A stretch of DNA of 64,000 bases from Podarcis tiliguerta (taxonomy: Eukaryota). The translations under genes were made by a program, and so were the position numbers. Shown here piece by piece: positions 1 through 11,778 of this stretch (position 1 is its first letter; every line of letters begins with the position of its first letter). The DNA lies in assembly GCA_965153285.1 (NCBI GenBank), contig OZ229111.1; one strand, given 5' to 3'. Under the pieces are notes generated by a model that worked only from the letters and a program-made list of their open reading frames with translations, was not told the DNA's origin and searched no databases.

Positions 1-297
1 CTCTAGAGGCCGTGAGCCGGCGCCGTCCGAAGACCCTTCCGGGTCACGTGGCCAGCGTGACGAAGCTGCAGCTGGCAAGCCAGCACCAGCGCAGCACATG
101 GAAACGCCATTTACCTTCCCGCTATAAAGCGGTACCTATTTATCTACTTGCACTTAAGGGTGCTTTCGAACTGCTAGGTGGGCAGGAGCTGGGACCGAAC
201 GACGGGAGCTCACCCCGCCGCAGGGATTCGAACCGCCGACCATACGATCAGCAAGTCCTAGGCACTGAGGTTTTACCCATAGCGCCACCCGCGTCCC
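1..297 (-). mobile_element. Sauria SINE (Squam1-type), 3' part cut by window edge, CpG-rich copy
   Basis: Reverse complement of the Sauria head (GGGACGCGGGTGGCGCT ends at 297), B-box-like GGTTCGAATCC, and the conserved core GGTACCTATTTATCTACTTGCAC shared with five other copies in the window. Confidence 0.9.
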
Positions 298-354
298 TAT
301 ATGAGGAAGGTAAAGGGACCACAAACAGGAGTTTATCACTACTGTGAGGGATAT

Positions 355-643
355 AAAGGTAAAGGTAAAGGTACCCCTGACCATTAGGTCCAGTCGTGGC
401 CGACTCTGGGGTTGCGGTGCTCATCTCGCTTTATTGGCTAAGGGAGCCGGTGTACAGCTTCCGGGTCATGTGGGCAGCATGCCTAAGCCGCTTCTGGCGA
501 ACCAGAGCAGCACACGGAAACGCCGTTTACCTTCCCTCCAGAGCGGTACCTATTTATCTACTTGCATTTTGATGTGCTTTTGAATTGCTAGGTTGGCAGG
601 AGCAGGGACCCATCGCAGGGATTTGAGCCGCCGACCTTCTGAT
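355..643 (-). mobile_element. Sauria SINE lacking ~50 nt of its 5' head
   Basis: (AAAGGT)3 tail at 355-372 followed by the same body as the copies at 8289, 29541 and 53278. Confidence 0.9.
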
Positions 644-884
644 AGGAGGAGGAAACCAGTGATATTTTAGCAAGCAGGAGAGCAGGCGAGGCCCATTACT
701 TACATCATAGCATCCTACACAACACAAAACACTGTTGCTGTATATAGGTTTTATTTAATTTGTTTTTTATCTTGTATTTTGGAAATGTACATCCAGTTTT
801 TTCCCCTTAAATTTTTTGGGGGCCCCACAAGATAGTGGGGCCCTAAGCTATAGCTTGTTTAGCTTATGCGTAAATCCGGCACTG
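644..884. mobile_element. partial non-autonomous DNA transposon (MITE-like) end
   Basis: Ends in GTAAATCCGGCACTG with internal GGGGCCCC/GGGGCCCT motifs. No partner terminus seen; family not established. Confidence 0.4.
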
Positions 885-974
885 CTGCAGCCTGAAAACA
901 AATGTCCCTTGACGACACCGGAAAGCATTTGAGTTTTTGGTTTGGTGCCATAAGAGTGTGTGGTGCTCTCTCAG

Positions 975-1188
975 CCATGGCTACACACTCTACCTTTCCC
1001 CTCAAAGGATTCTGGGTACTGTAGTTTGCATGCCAGGGGGTTGGACTAGTTGACCCTGCTGGGGGTTCCTTCCAGCTCTACAGTTCTGTGATTCTATGGT
1101 GAAGTGTTGCTGGGAACACTTACCCTGCAAGGGGGTCCAACTACAGGGCCTGGAATTCTTCGAGGGGAAAGGATGTGCTTTAAAGGTA

Positions 1189-1195
<7 letters not shown>
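975..1195. mobile_element. imperfect palindromic MITE-like repeat interrupted by a CR1-type 3' tail (1027-1097)
   Basis: Arms GGATTCTGGGTACTGTAGTTT and ACTACAGGGCCTGGAATTCTT resemble the 3880-4040 and 39885-40110 copies. The insert GGGGGTTGGACTAG...CTCTACAGTTCTGTGATTCTATG is a CR1-type terminus. Confidence 0.55.
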
Positions 1196-1224
<29 letters not shown>

Positions 1225-1232
1225 GTGTGTGT
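1191..1232. repeat. (TG)n microsatellite
   Basis: Directly visible. Confidence 0.95.
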
Positions 1233-1339
1233 CCCCTGCCTTAAATTGAAGGGTCATGCCCCCAAGTCAGAGAACGAGGGAAGACGCATGCCATTCCAAC
1301 GCAAAGATGATCTTGTGCTATGGATGTGGTCCCCACCTT

Positions 1340-1580
1340 GGACAGCTTTAAAAGAGGGTAAGACAAATATGTGGAGTGGAGAATAAGGCAATGGCTTCTA
1401 GTGAGGGTGGCTATCTACAGCCCCCAGCAGCGGAGACAGTATGCTTCTGAAGACCAGTAGGTGGGAATCATGAGGAGGAGGAGAGGGTGCTGTTGTGCTC
1501 ACTTACAGCTTGTTTGCTGCTGTGAGAGCAGAGTGCTGGACTACAAGGGCCTTTGATTTGATCAATGAGGGCTCTTCTTA
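1340..1580 (+). mobile_element. degenerate CR1 LINE 3' end
   Basis: GACAGCTTTAAAAGAGGG..AGACAAAT start and GCTGGACT..GGGCCTTTGA..TGATC..GGCTCTTCTTA terminus. A similar terminus recurs at ~1897-1952. Confidence 0.55.
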
Positions 1581-3879
1581 CATGGATTGTGTAAGCCCTT
1601 ATGGTGACTAAGATACGTTGAGCCTGGAAGGATGACTACCCACTGTCTTACTACGCAATAGTCTGAGGACCTCACTGCTCTGGCAACATTCAAACATATT
1701 TCATATGGGCATCAATCTTGTGCGGATATCTGCAAGGCTTATATTAGCTTATGTTTCATTTAAGAACTGTGTACTGATGTGGTCTACTGTCATTGTTAGT
1801 ATTGTTTCATTATTATTATTATTTTCTGTTCGCTCACTCTGATCTTTAATTTTATTTCTTCTTTTCCTTGTTAAATATGCATTTAAAAAACAATTGAAGG
1901 ATGCTGGGCTTGATGGGCCTTTGATCTGATCAAGGGGAGCTCTTTTTATGTTCCTGTGAACAATGCAGATATCATTACTTTTTTCTCCCTCTCCCTCCCA
2001 CCCTGTTCAACATCCAGCCTGAGGCCTTTGGAATTTTTCAAAATAAAAATGGCAGACTAACCCTTAGCCATGCTTGTTCAATGTAACCCACCTCTTCCTC
2101 TGCTTAGCTTATTTAGTGTCTCTCTCTCTCTCTCTCTGTGAGCAAAGTTTGTTTATTCGGCATGGCATGTGGAGGATTGGCAAATAGCACCACAGGAGAT
2201 GGTGTCATAGTCCCTACTGTGAAATAAGTAGTAGTGTTTCATCTCTACTCCACTGCACCACTGCATACCATGCTTCTGATCTGCATTGCTTGCACTTGAG
2301 CCACATTGAGGATGAGTGTTGCTAGGTGCTTAAAGGACTCCGGGCACAGACCATGGCAGATTTGCACAAATGTATAGGGTGCAGAGTTGTAAAGAAAGAA
2401 GGGGAGTTTTAAAAGGGGGTGGGGGGGAGCAGGCTGGAGATCTGGGGTCAGCTTTTGGGCTTTCAGGGCCACTCCCTAACATTATCACTGGTGCCAGGTC
2501 CCAAAATATCTGATTCGGTCTGCATGTATTTCTCTTGTGTGGTGTGCAGCAGCAGAGGAACTTCCCTTAATTCTTCAACCTGTGCAACGTGTAGCTTCTA
2601 GAAAGCATGCAGTTCTGTGAGTTGTGAAGTCATGTCCTGAATGTACAGCACTGCTAGCTGCAGAGCTTTGCATGGTCTGCTCACCATAACCCACAAGTCG
2701 GCTCAAGGGAATTACTCCTTGGCAGGTTGCCAGCCGAAGGGGATTACCGAACATGGCCGAAGGCTCTGGGGGCTTCATGCTGGGAGGAAGGAAGTGCAGA
2801 ACAAGGAGGAAGGTGGTTTTCCGGGCCATGTGCACTGGCTGGGAGCTTGCTGCAATTGTCAGCGACAAAAGATGTAAACAAGGTGGCATCTATCCTTAAG
2901 CTGAGCTATAGAATTGGCATGGTATGATCTGGGCTGTGTCTGTAATCCCCCAGGAAAAAACCACTCAGCAACAGAATTAGCTTCCACACCTCTACAAAGA
3001 ATTGTTCAAAGCAAATATGCACTCCCATAAGAAATCTAAAATCAATTCCTTCTAAGCAATTCCTTCTTTCATTAAGGAGATTCCTTCTTAAGGAGACTCC
3101 TTCTTAAGGAGATATATACAGTATACACAAACACACACACACGCACACACACACATATATACATACAAATTCCACCTGAATACTAAAGCTGGTTTTGAGT
3201 TTTGCATTTCCTACTAACGCTTTTATTTGTAAATGTAAGCAAAGCTTACAAAGTTAACAAGACTGTCTTTAAGATAATGATCAAATGGCACCGATCCAGC
3301 TAAAGCTAGTAATGACTAGGTCCCACTGAAATTAACGAAAGCAGTTACTCATGACTAATTTGCCCCACTTCTTTCAGAAGGGCTTAAAAGGAGAGTGGAT
3401 GGGGGGGGGGAATAAGCCTTGCAGACCTTTCAATAGTGGTGTAGAAGAGAGAATTTCAGCTGTTGCGTCTCTCAGGACAAGCTATACTTCTTAAACACCC
3501 TTCTTCTGCACAACCATGGCAGGTGCGGGAGTCCCATCCCGTTTTTTCACATGACCACCCCAGCTGCATCTGAGACCAGTATAAGTAACGCAAGACATAC
3601 AAATTCATCATTTGTTCCTGGTACTCACGTGGCATGACTATTGGCTCCCTTGGCTTCTTCTTTTCCCATTGATTTCCTTGGCCCCACAATATCCCCAGAA
3701 CCATGTTTGGCATTTTTCTGCAGAAACAGATTTGCATAAAACATAGCCCTTCTCTAAGCAAACCTATCCTTAGAAATATGCAAAGTCGGCATCCAAGCGA
3801 TAGGGAGAACAAAGAAGCAGCATATATTTCCCCTTTAGTCATATTAATTAAGAGGGTGCACTGTTTTTCAAAGAGTGAG

Positions 3880-4040
3880 GCTGCGCACACACCATACATT
3901 TAAAGCACACACACAAATGGCACAAGAATCCTGAGATCTATAGTTTACACTTCACAAAGCTACATTTCCCAGCATCCGTAAAAAAACTACAGTTCCCAGG
4001 ATTCTATGCAGTGGGTGTGTTTTAAATGTTATGGGAATAG
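3880..4040. mobile_element. imperfect palindromic MITE-like repeat
   Basis: CATACATTTAAAGCAC...AGAATCCTGAGATCTATAGTTT is mirrored by AAACTACAGTTCCCAGGATTCT...GTGTTTTAAATGTTATG. Confidence 0.55.
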
Positions 4041-4390
4041 CCTCAGGTGATTCTAGCATCCAGGAGGGCACCTGTTATAGTTTCTCCATGTGACCGAACC
4101 ACACTGAAAGAATGCACGTAGGGGTGGGCTTGCTTGAAAGTGGCCAACATGAAAATCTTCCTGCCATGGAAAGGAAATACAACATAGAGGAGGCTAGGCT
4201 AGATGCTTTGGCTCAAACTATTAGCCTGTGAAGGACAGCAGTGGGGTGAGGAACCCATGCCACCCCCACCCCCCGTGTTGGACTCCCAACTTGCATAAAC
4301 TGCAGCCAGCAAAGCCAATGGCCAAGAATGATGCAAGTTGGGATCCAGAAAAGTTTGGAGGGCCACATGGCAATCCTCCCCCAATCCCTA

Positions 4391-4891
4391 GACAGCTTCT
4401 TAAAAAGCAGAGACATCACCTTGCTGACAAAGGTCCGTATAGTTAAAGCTATGGTTTTCCCAGTAGTGATGTATGGAAGTGAGAGCTGGACCATAAAGAA
4501 GGCTGATTGCCGAAGAATTGATGTTTTTGAATTATGGTGCTGGAGGAGACTCTTGAGAGTCCCATGGACTGCAAGAAGATCAAACCTATCCATTCTTAAG
4601 GAAATCAGCCCTGAGTGCTCACTGGAAGGACAGATCCTGAAGCTGAGGCTCCAATACTTTGGCCACCTCATGAAAAGAGAAGATTTCTTGGAAAAGACCC
4701 TGATGTTGGGAAACGTGGAGGGCACAAGAAGAAGGGGACGACAGAGGACGAGGTGTTTGGACAGTGTTCTCGAAGCTACCAGCATGAGTTTGACCAAACT
4801 GCGGGAGGCAGTGGAAGACAGGAGTGCCTGGCATGCTCTGGTCCATGGGATCACGAAGAGTCAGACATGACTAAACGACTAAACAACAACA
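4391..4891 (+). mobile_element. Bov-B (RTE) LINE, 5'-truncated 3' fragment with TSD
   Basis: ORF reads LKSRDITLLTKVRIVKAMVFPVVMYGSESWT...FELWCWRRLLRVPWTARRSN (RTE/Bov-B C-terminus) to a stop at 4870, followed by a (CAA)n tail. Flanked by direct repeat ACATGGCAATCCTCCCCCAATCCCTA at 4365-4390 and 4892-4917. Confidence 0.95.
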
Positions 4892-5265
4892 ACATGGCAA
4901 TCCTCCCCCAATCCCTATACAGTATGGGAGTATGTGTACTCCCTGAGTTGTAAATGCCTCAAAGATGGTCCCTTTTCCTGTGCTTGCTTATGGCAGTTGC
5001 TCCATCTCCCATGTGGCAAGCAGGTCAAGCAGCAAAGACTGCTTCTCGCTGATTGCTGCTCTGTTGTGGAACAGCATTCCTCACAAAGTCCAGCTTGAGC
5101 ATTTCCCAGCAGCAATGCAATATCTCAGAATGCAAGCAAAGCATGTTGCGGCCAAGGATTGGGAAGGGGATTATGGTAACAGCAGGGTTTTTACAACTTA
5201 GTTAAAATGTTGTCAGCCCAGGCCAAGCTTCCTGAGACAGGGCAGGTTAAAATTCAAACACATAG

Positions 5266-5995
5266 ATGAAAACAGGTCTAACCAAAATGCCAAATAATAA
5301 ATTGACTTTTGCACAGCTTCGAAAAGCTTTTACAGAGCTACGACTAAATACAATAAGCTCTGCTTATAGAGATGGGAGACACAGAGGCATACCAAAAAAC
5401 GAACGTGTTTGCATTAGGGGATGTTCTGAAGTAGAGGACCTTATTGATTATATCTTGCACTGTCCGTTATATAATGATGCAAGAAAAAGATTTTTGGTAC
5501 CTATAATGACAGGGTCCCCTGACCAGAACCCCCTTGACATGATGTTATATCTCCTTGCAGACACAGATAAGTATGTGACCTGGCGGGTAGCACGTTTTGG
5601 AACTGCTGCTAGGAAAAGTAGAGCAAATTATATAGCCAAGGTAGCCATTAACTGTAAAGGAGATGAATTTATTTGATCCCATCTATCTACCTCAGGCTAT
5701 GCTCTATCTTTGTCACCAAACTCTGAGTATAAATTGCACACTGTATTAATTGATACTGTTTTTAACATTAGTGACCATGTGATGATTTTAGCTTATGAAT
5801 TTTATTGTTTAAGGTTTTTATTTGTACATTGGGGTACTTTTATAGCTTTGTTTAGAGTACGTAATGTTTTAATAATACAAATGTTTTAAGTCTTTTTTTA
5901 CCAATTCAGTATATTTTCTTTTAATTGTCAAATAATTCTGTGTACATTGCGGCAGCCTTTGGCTATGTGCAATAAAACTGACTAAGACTGAATCA
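5266..5995 (+). mobile_element. LINE 3' fragment, RTE-X-like, with C-terminal zinc-knuckle remnant
   Basis: Peptide RKAFTELRL..GR..IPKNERVCIRGCSEVEDLIDYILHCPLY ends at 5676. It is followed by an AT-rich 3'UTR, AATAAA at 5971 and a short ACTG-type tail. Clade assignment is from memory of the motif. Confidence 0.65.
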
Positions 5996-8125
5996 ATGTT
6001 AGGGTCTCAAAACAATCAAGAAGACAGTCATTTGATAAAATCTCTTGCACATGCCCTTTTAATATAATGTTGTTAAGCTCTATATGATGTGGGCCTTTCT
6101 ATGTACGTAACTCATGGGGTTTTATGTTATGAGAGCTGACTGTCATTCCCCCCCCCCCCCATTACTTTGGTGGAGGGGCAGGCAGAAGAAAGATCAGGAT
6201 CTACTGCTAGTTCTCTGTGTGGTTTGCAATAGGTTGGCAAAGCTTTCTCATTCCAAATCCTTTTAACAATAGCAGCAATAAAATCACATTTGCCAGCAGG
6301 GTGCTGACATGAAGAAAGCTAAACAGGAGTGTTGTTCTGTCAAAAAGGACCGAGAGCTCAGTTCAGAAAATAAATCCCTAGGTTCAGAATGTGCTCAGGG
6401 ATACCCTGTTGTTCTTTTGCACTAGGCTCCCATTGGTAAATCTTGGCGTTCTAATAATAAAGCAAGCCTGAAATCAGCCTCCTCTTCCTTTGGTAGATGG
6501 ATCAGATCTAGTAAGCACCTTCTCTCTCCTGCAGGGCCTTTGTCATCAACAGTGTGTACACTAAAAGGAGGAAGCTGGTTTCACAATGTGGCATGGTGTA
6601 TATTTGCATAAGAGCCTGCTCTTTCAGCATTAGTCTCTTCCCTGTACTATGCAACAACTGGGGACAATCCAATATTTTTTGCTGCCTGAGTTGAAGGACC
6701 AGATGGTGACCCTTCTATGTATGGAAGCCAACTGGACTGATGCATGAATATGATGAACACCTGAGGAAACTCGCTAGTTTGGCGAGGAGCAAAGACATGT
6801 CATGTAGCTTACAAAACTCTTTTCTCTAACAGAGAGGAATGGCCAGAGGTCTTAGAAGGAACAAGATGCTGCAGTTGCCTCTCTTTGCCTCATGGTAGGG
6901 CCAGCCCTGCAACAGTGGAAAGAAGCCAACGTTTGCCTGAGTCGGGTCTAATGAGATAATCTACTGACTGCACTGAGCATGAGTTGTTGTTGTTGTCCCC
7001 TGAGGCGGAAGTGAAAGCTGTCCATGAAAGACAATGGAGAAGTCCATTCTGTTAGAATAGCTGTGACTAGATCCCCTCATTTAGCCAAAGGGAGCAGCAA
7101 ACACTGGAGTTTCTGTCTTCCACATTCTGTAAACCCAGAAGTTCCCCCTCTAGGCAATGGAATGAGTCACTCCGATTTTTCTTATATCTATTCCCTCACT
7201 GTTTTGTAAGTCTTGGAAACTTACAATGTCATTTTTAAAAACAACAACAACAAGCATTTTTTTAAAAAAATTAATTTAGAAACTATTTGCATTGACAAGA
7301 TACACCTGCTGAAATTCCCCTTTTCTACAGACCAATTCAGGGCAGCTTCATTTGCATCTTAGCTATGCTCCTCATAGCTGTGTTCAAGTCCTAGAATAGT
7401 TGGGACATCCAGTCACGAATCCATGTAGCACAGCATTTGACCCTAAGTGTATGGAGTTTTGGGAAGGAAAGTGCTTAAGCGAAAGAAAAAGTTTGAGGTG
7501 GTGGGTGGAATGTGATACGGCTGAATTCTAATGCATCCACAATGGATACTTCTTCCCCTCTGAAGGAAAATGGACAGCACAGTCCTGTACTATTCAGAAA
7601 TCCCAATGAGTTCAATCGGACGTACTTCCAGATAAGTACATATTGGATTGCAGCCTAAACTGGTGGATATTTCATGACAAATAGTGATTACTTCATGTAT
7701 AGTCTGGGAATGCCTGAGAGGACATAAACATAAATACAATTTAAAATATACTTTTAGCTGTTTTCATGGTATGTTTATACATCACCTTGAGGTACATGCA
7801 AAATATGCTTATTTTCTTTAAGTAATTGGATTGTACTTATTTCTCTGTTATCAGATGGTGACTCTTCACCTTTTAGACCCCTCCTTGTAAAATTGGACTG
7901 CACATTTGTCTATCATGCCGTCATGATTCACTCAAACAACAAATAACTAAGTGAGGGTGTTTTTCACACATCAGGGCTTATGCTGACTCTTGCTTTAAAT
8001 CCATCTGTAAAGTAATTGTGCATTTGCTTTCTCTTCCATTTTCCCACGTTATTACCACTCACTCATCCTGTATGACAGAGTCTCAAAAAGTGCTGTTAGG
8101 CTGCAATCTTAAAATAAACTGAAGC

Positions 8126-8672
8126 AGGGCCTTAGCGCAGTGGGTAGACCATGTGACTTGCATGCAGAATGTCAATCCCTGGCATCTTCAGGTAAGAAAT
8201 GGTAAAGACCCCAGCCTGAAACCTTGGAGAGCCACTGCCAGTCAGCAAATACAATGCTGAGCTAAATGGACCTACTATGGTCTGACTCGGGACGTGGGTG
8301 GCACTGTGAGTTAAACCACAGAGCCTAGGACTTGCTGATCAGAAGGTCGGCGGTTTGAATTCCCCCGACGGGGTGAGCTCCCGTTGCTTGATCCCTGCTC
8401 CTGCCAACCTAGCAGTTCGAAAGCACGCCAAAGTGCAAGTAGATAAATAGGTACCGCTCTGGCGGGAAGGTAAACGGCGTTTCCATGCGCTGCTCTGGTT
8501 TGCCAGAAGCGGCTTAGTCATGCTGGCCATAGGACCTGGAAGCTGTACGTTGGCTCCCTCGGCCAATAAAGTGAGATGAGTGCCGCAACCCCAGAGTCGG
8601 TCACGACTGGACCTAATGGTCAGGGGTCCCTTTACCTTTACCTTTTATGGTCTGACTCAGTACAAAGTAGCA
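8126..8672 (+). mobile_element. tRNA-derived SINE (Squam3-like), split by a nested Sauria SINE
   Basis: Head GGGCCTTAGCGCAGTGGGTAGA and body CCTGAAACCTTGGAGAGCCACTGCCAGTCAG...TGAGCTAAATGGACC..TGGTCTGACTC, resuming at 8646. Confidence 0.7.
8289..8645 (+). mobile_element. full-length Sauria SINE with 13-bp TSD
   Basis: Runs from GGGACGTGGGTGGCACTGTG head to (ACCTTT)n tail. TATGGTCTGACTC is duplicated at 8276-8288 and 8646-8658. Confidence 0.95.
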
Positions 8673-9198
8673 TGCTAGGGATCCAGATGTTGCTGGGCTC
8701 TGACTCTCGTCAGCTCCAACCAGGAGCCAGCAACATCTGGATAACCACATCTGGGTTCCCACCTCTGCACTGGGGAGTAAGCCCCATTGAACATAATGAG
8801 GATGCCCCTGAGTATACATGCATAAGTTTACATTGTTATTGTCTCATAGGGGAATGTTCAGCCATTTCAGTACCACAGAGCTCTTTGTTTGCTTTGCTGC
8901 TGTGTATAAGCACTGAAGGAGGGGGAGTTTAGCGTAGTGCTACAGGAATCATTTCACCAGCACAAGCTATTCAGCTTGCTAGGTGGGACAATCCCCTTCT
9001 CTTACATGCTGCTATGGGAGTTCTCTTGACCCACGGAGCCACTTTGGGGGGTGGGGAATAGAGGGAAGGAAAGCCCCTCATTGTGTTAGTGGGAGCTCTT
9101 GTGTAGACTTCAACTAATGGAGGTTATTAGCTGGATCCTAGCCAGATGCTCTCCTGGAAACTAGTAGCAACAAATGTAAGCCGTCATGATAGTTGTGG

Positions 9199-9543
9199 GT
9201 GGGAGTGGTGGATCTCAGGCTTAGGGACCAGATGTGGCCTTCCAGCCCTCTCTTTCTTGCCCTCAGAAATCTTCCAGGCCACCCCATTCTTTGATCACAC
9301 CCTTCACTAGCCCTGCTTTGTACCCACAACTCATTTTGTCTGGCTGCAATGTTTCCTTGAACTCAAATGATGCCTTTTGCTTGTCTGGATGGAGGCTAGA
9401 GTGTGTGCACAGAAAATAGCCTACAGTACAAAGGTAAAATTCCTATTTGTTGCTCCACCCACTTTTGCCTCTGGTGCTGCCCACCATTGCCATTGCCTTG
9501 AAGGGAATGCAGCCCTCAGACTGAAAAAGGTTCCCCAGTCCTG
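9199..9543. mobile_element. hAT-like MITE
   Basis: Terminus GCCCTCAGACTGAAAAAGGTTCCCCAGTCCTG. A related copy lies in the opposite orientation at 46920-47275. Confidence 0.55.
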
Positions 9544-9937
9544 TGATCAAGAGGGACCATATTCCCCACATTTGTTTAGGCTGGCTGTTTCTTGTATGAA
9601 TTGAACCTGCCTGCTAGAGACATAGAAATTTTGCATTTGGGTTGTTCTATTTGTATAGAACACTTTGGGTTGTTCTATTTGCTCAGCATGCACCGGCAAA
9701 TATGCGGGAATTTGCTTTGCTTTGTATTTCTAGTCTGTTTCATGTGTTTAATAAAAAAAACCCAGTAGTTTTACAAAGAGAACAGAGCTTGCTAACAGCA
9801 GTGGAGTATCTGTCTCGTGGAGTTATGGCCAGCCCCATCGATATCAATAACCCTTCCAGCTTTACAGTTCTGCTGTATATAGGAAATGTGCTTGCAGAGA
9901 TGCCAAAGCAGAATAGGAAGCAGAGATTACATGATAA

Positions 9938-9957
9938 AGGTCGCCATCTGCTGGTAC
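9938..9957 (-). promoter_or_regulatory. CTCF motif
   Basis: Reverse complement CCAGCAGATGGCG (9942-9954) matches the CTCF core CCASYAGRKGGCR. Confidence 0.6.
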
Positions 9958-11778
9958 TAAAGCACTCACAATGTGTTTTCAGAAGCCCAGGAAGCCGCTA
10001 TCAGCTGCTCATGTACAAGAGAAATCAGGCTCCTTCTGGGCTGCATGCTTTGCTTTCCACAGATTTATCTTGCCCTTGCCTTCCCTTCCTTTCCACACTT
10101 TGTTTGATGACAGGGTAACTCTGCATAGCAGCTCCCTGTTTGAGACGCTCCCTTCACTCATCCATAGCTAACTGCAAATAATGGGCTTAAAGCAGAGTTG
10201 AGCCACAATGTTCTTAGAAGACATTTATTTTCCCAAGAAAATTTCTTTTCTTTTCTTTGCAAACTTTGATGGTTGCTCTTTTAAAAAAATAAACAAATAA
10301 ATCAGTAAACATAGAGTGTTGTCTTCCAAGACAAATACATGCACAGATGTTGAGTCTTGTATGCAGTCATCTACACAACATCAAAACAAACTTGTGAGTA
10401 TAAGAAGCCTGTGCATCACTTATTTGTAATATATGGGGAAACAAATTTGGAACAATGGAAATCAATGTTATTAACAGTCTCTGGTATTTCTACCACTCAA
10501 GTAGCAAAGCAGCCTCAAAGGTGCTGTCCAGAGTGCTAGAGATTCAGTACTACTCCTGTCCAGAGAGCAGAAAGGCTGAGGTGGTCAGATGGCCCTTGGG
10601 AGAGAGAAAAATTAATGTTCTACAGCCAGGTCTATACAGGCCTGGATTGAGGTGGGACAAGTGGGGGACACGTGCTTCAGCCAGCTGGCTGGAAGACCAT
10701 CAAAGGAACATCCTTCCTTGGCAATGATGCAGGCAGCCACTCACCTCTTCTAATAAGTGGTACCTAAGGCATCACCAAGCATGTGATACAACTCTTTCCT
10801 CCACACTGTATTGCTTTCAGGGTATGAATCCTCTTTTATATTCCTGATCAGGCCCTGGTCAGGATGCAGCATGGCTGGCTACAGCCCATTCACTTCTTCT
10901 AATAAGCAGAGCTTGTTGCTATGAATAGACTAAAGATTGTTAACAAAAGAAGTCAATGCACAGTGCAATTTCAAGCTGCCACTGAAACCCTAATGACCCC
11001 AAGAGGTAGCCCTGCTTCTCTTTCCCTCAATCTCTTTATGACATGCTGAATGACTACATTTCTCAAATATTTGACTAATTAGTTCAAATCAACACCTGAC
11101 ATTTTGTGTGTGTGTCAGTGTCAGTCATAGACACACACACCCCAAGTGGTTCTTGACTTTTGCATTTGAATTTCACACACTGATTTTACACCAGGGGTAG
11201 GTAGAAGGTAGGTTGGAATCTCTGGGCTATTTTTCAATAGATCACCAACAATTACCAACTCTAATTTTCCCAATGAGACTGCTGAAACAAAGGAAACTTG
11301 GGGGAAACAAGGATTGAGTTTTTGTGTGAAATGACTGGGAGCCTCTTTCCGGTACTGAAAATAAACTCTTGGATTGAGAAACACTCAGAGGTGCTCTGTT
11401 CCTTAATGTTAAGTGTGTGCCTGCCCCTCTTTCTAAGCCACTACATTACACTTAACATCAGCAGATAAACCATGGGGCTCTTGGAGAAAGAAAACAGATC
11501 CCACAAGCTTGTAATCTGTCCAGTCCTTTTTTACACCAATTTTTGGGGCATGTGGCAGCTGCCAGATCCAGGCCTTTAGACCCCTAGTAGCTGTAAGAAG
11601 GGAGAATTTAACCAAGTGCTGCTTTTTGTCTTTTGCAGGGTGATGGAGTGACACTAGAGGCAGTGACTTGCAAAAATAAATAAATAATAATAATTCAATC
11701 TGTGTGGCTCTTAGTCTCCCTTCTCAATAATGAAACACAGCTTTTCATAGGCTCTGCTTGACATGGACTCTGCTTTTC

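Noticed and set aside
4213-4953. 180-213-aa ORFs as host genes
   Set aside because: They are sense and antisense readings of the Bov-B fragment.
9642-10118. 158-aa ORF
   Set aside because: Non-ATG start and no domain similarity; the region is better explained as regulatory (CTCF motif).
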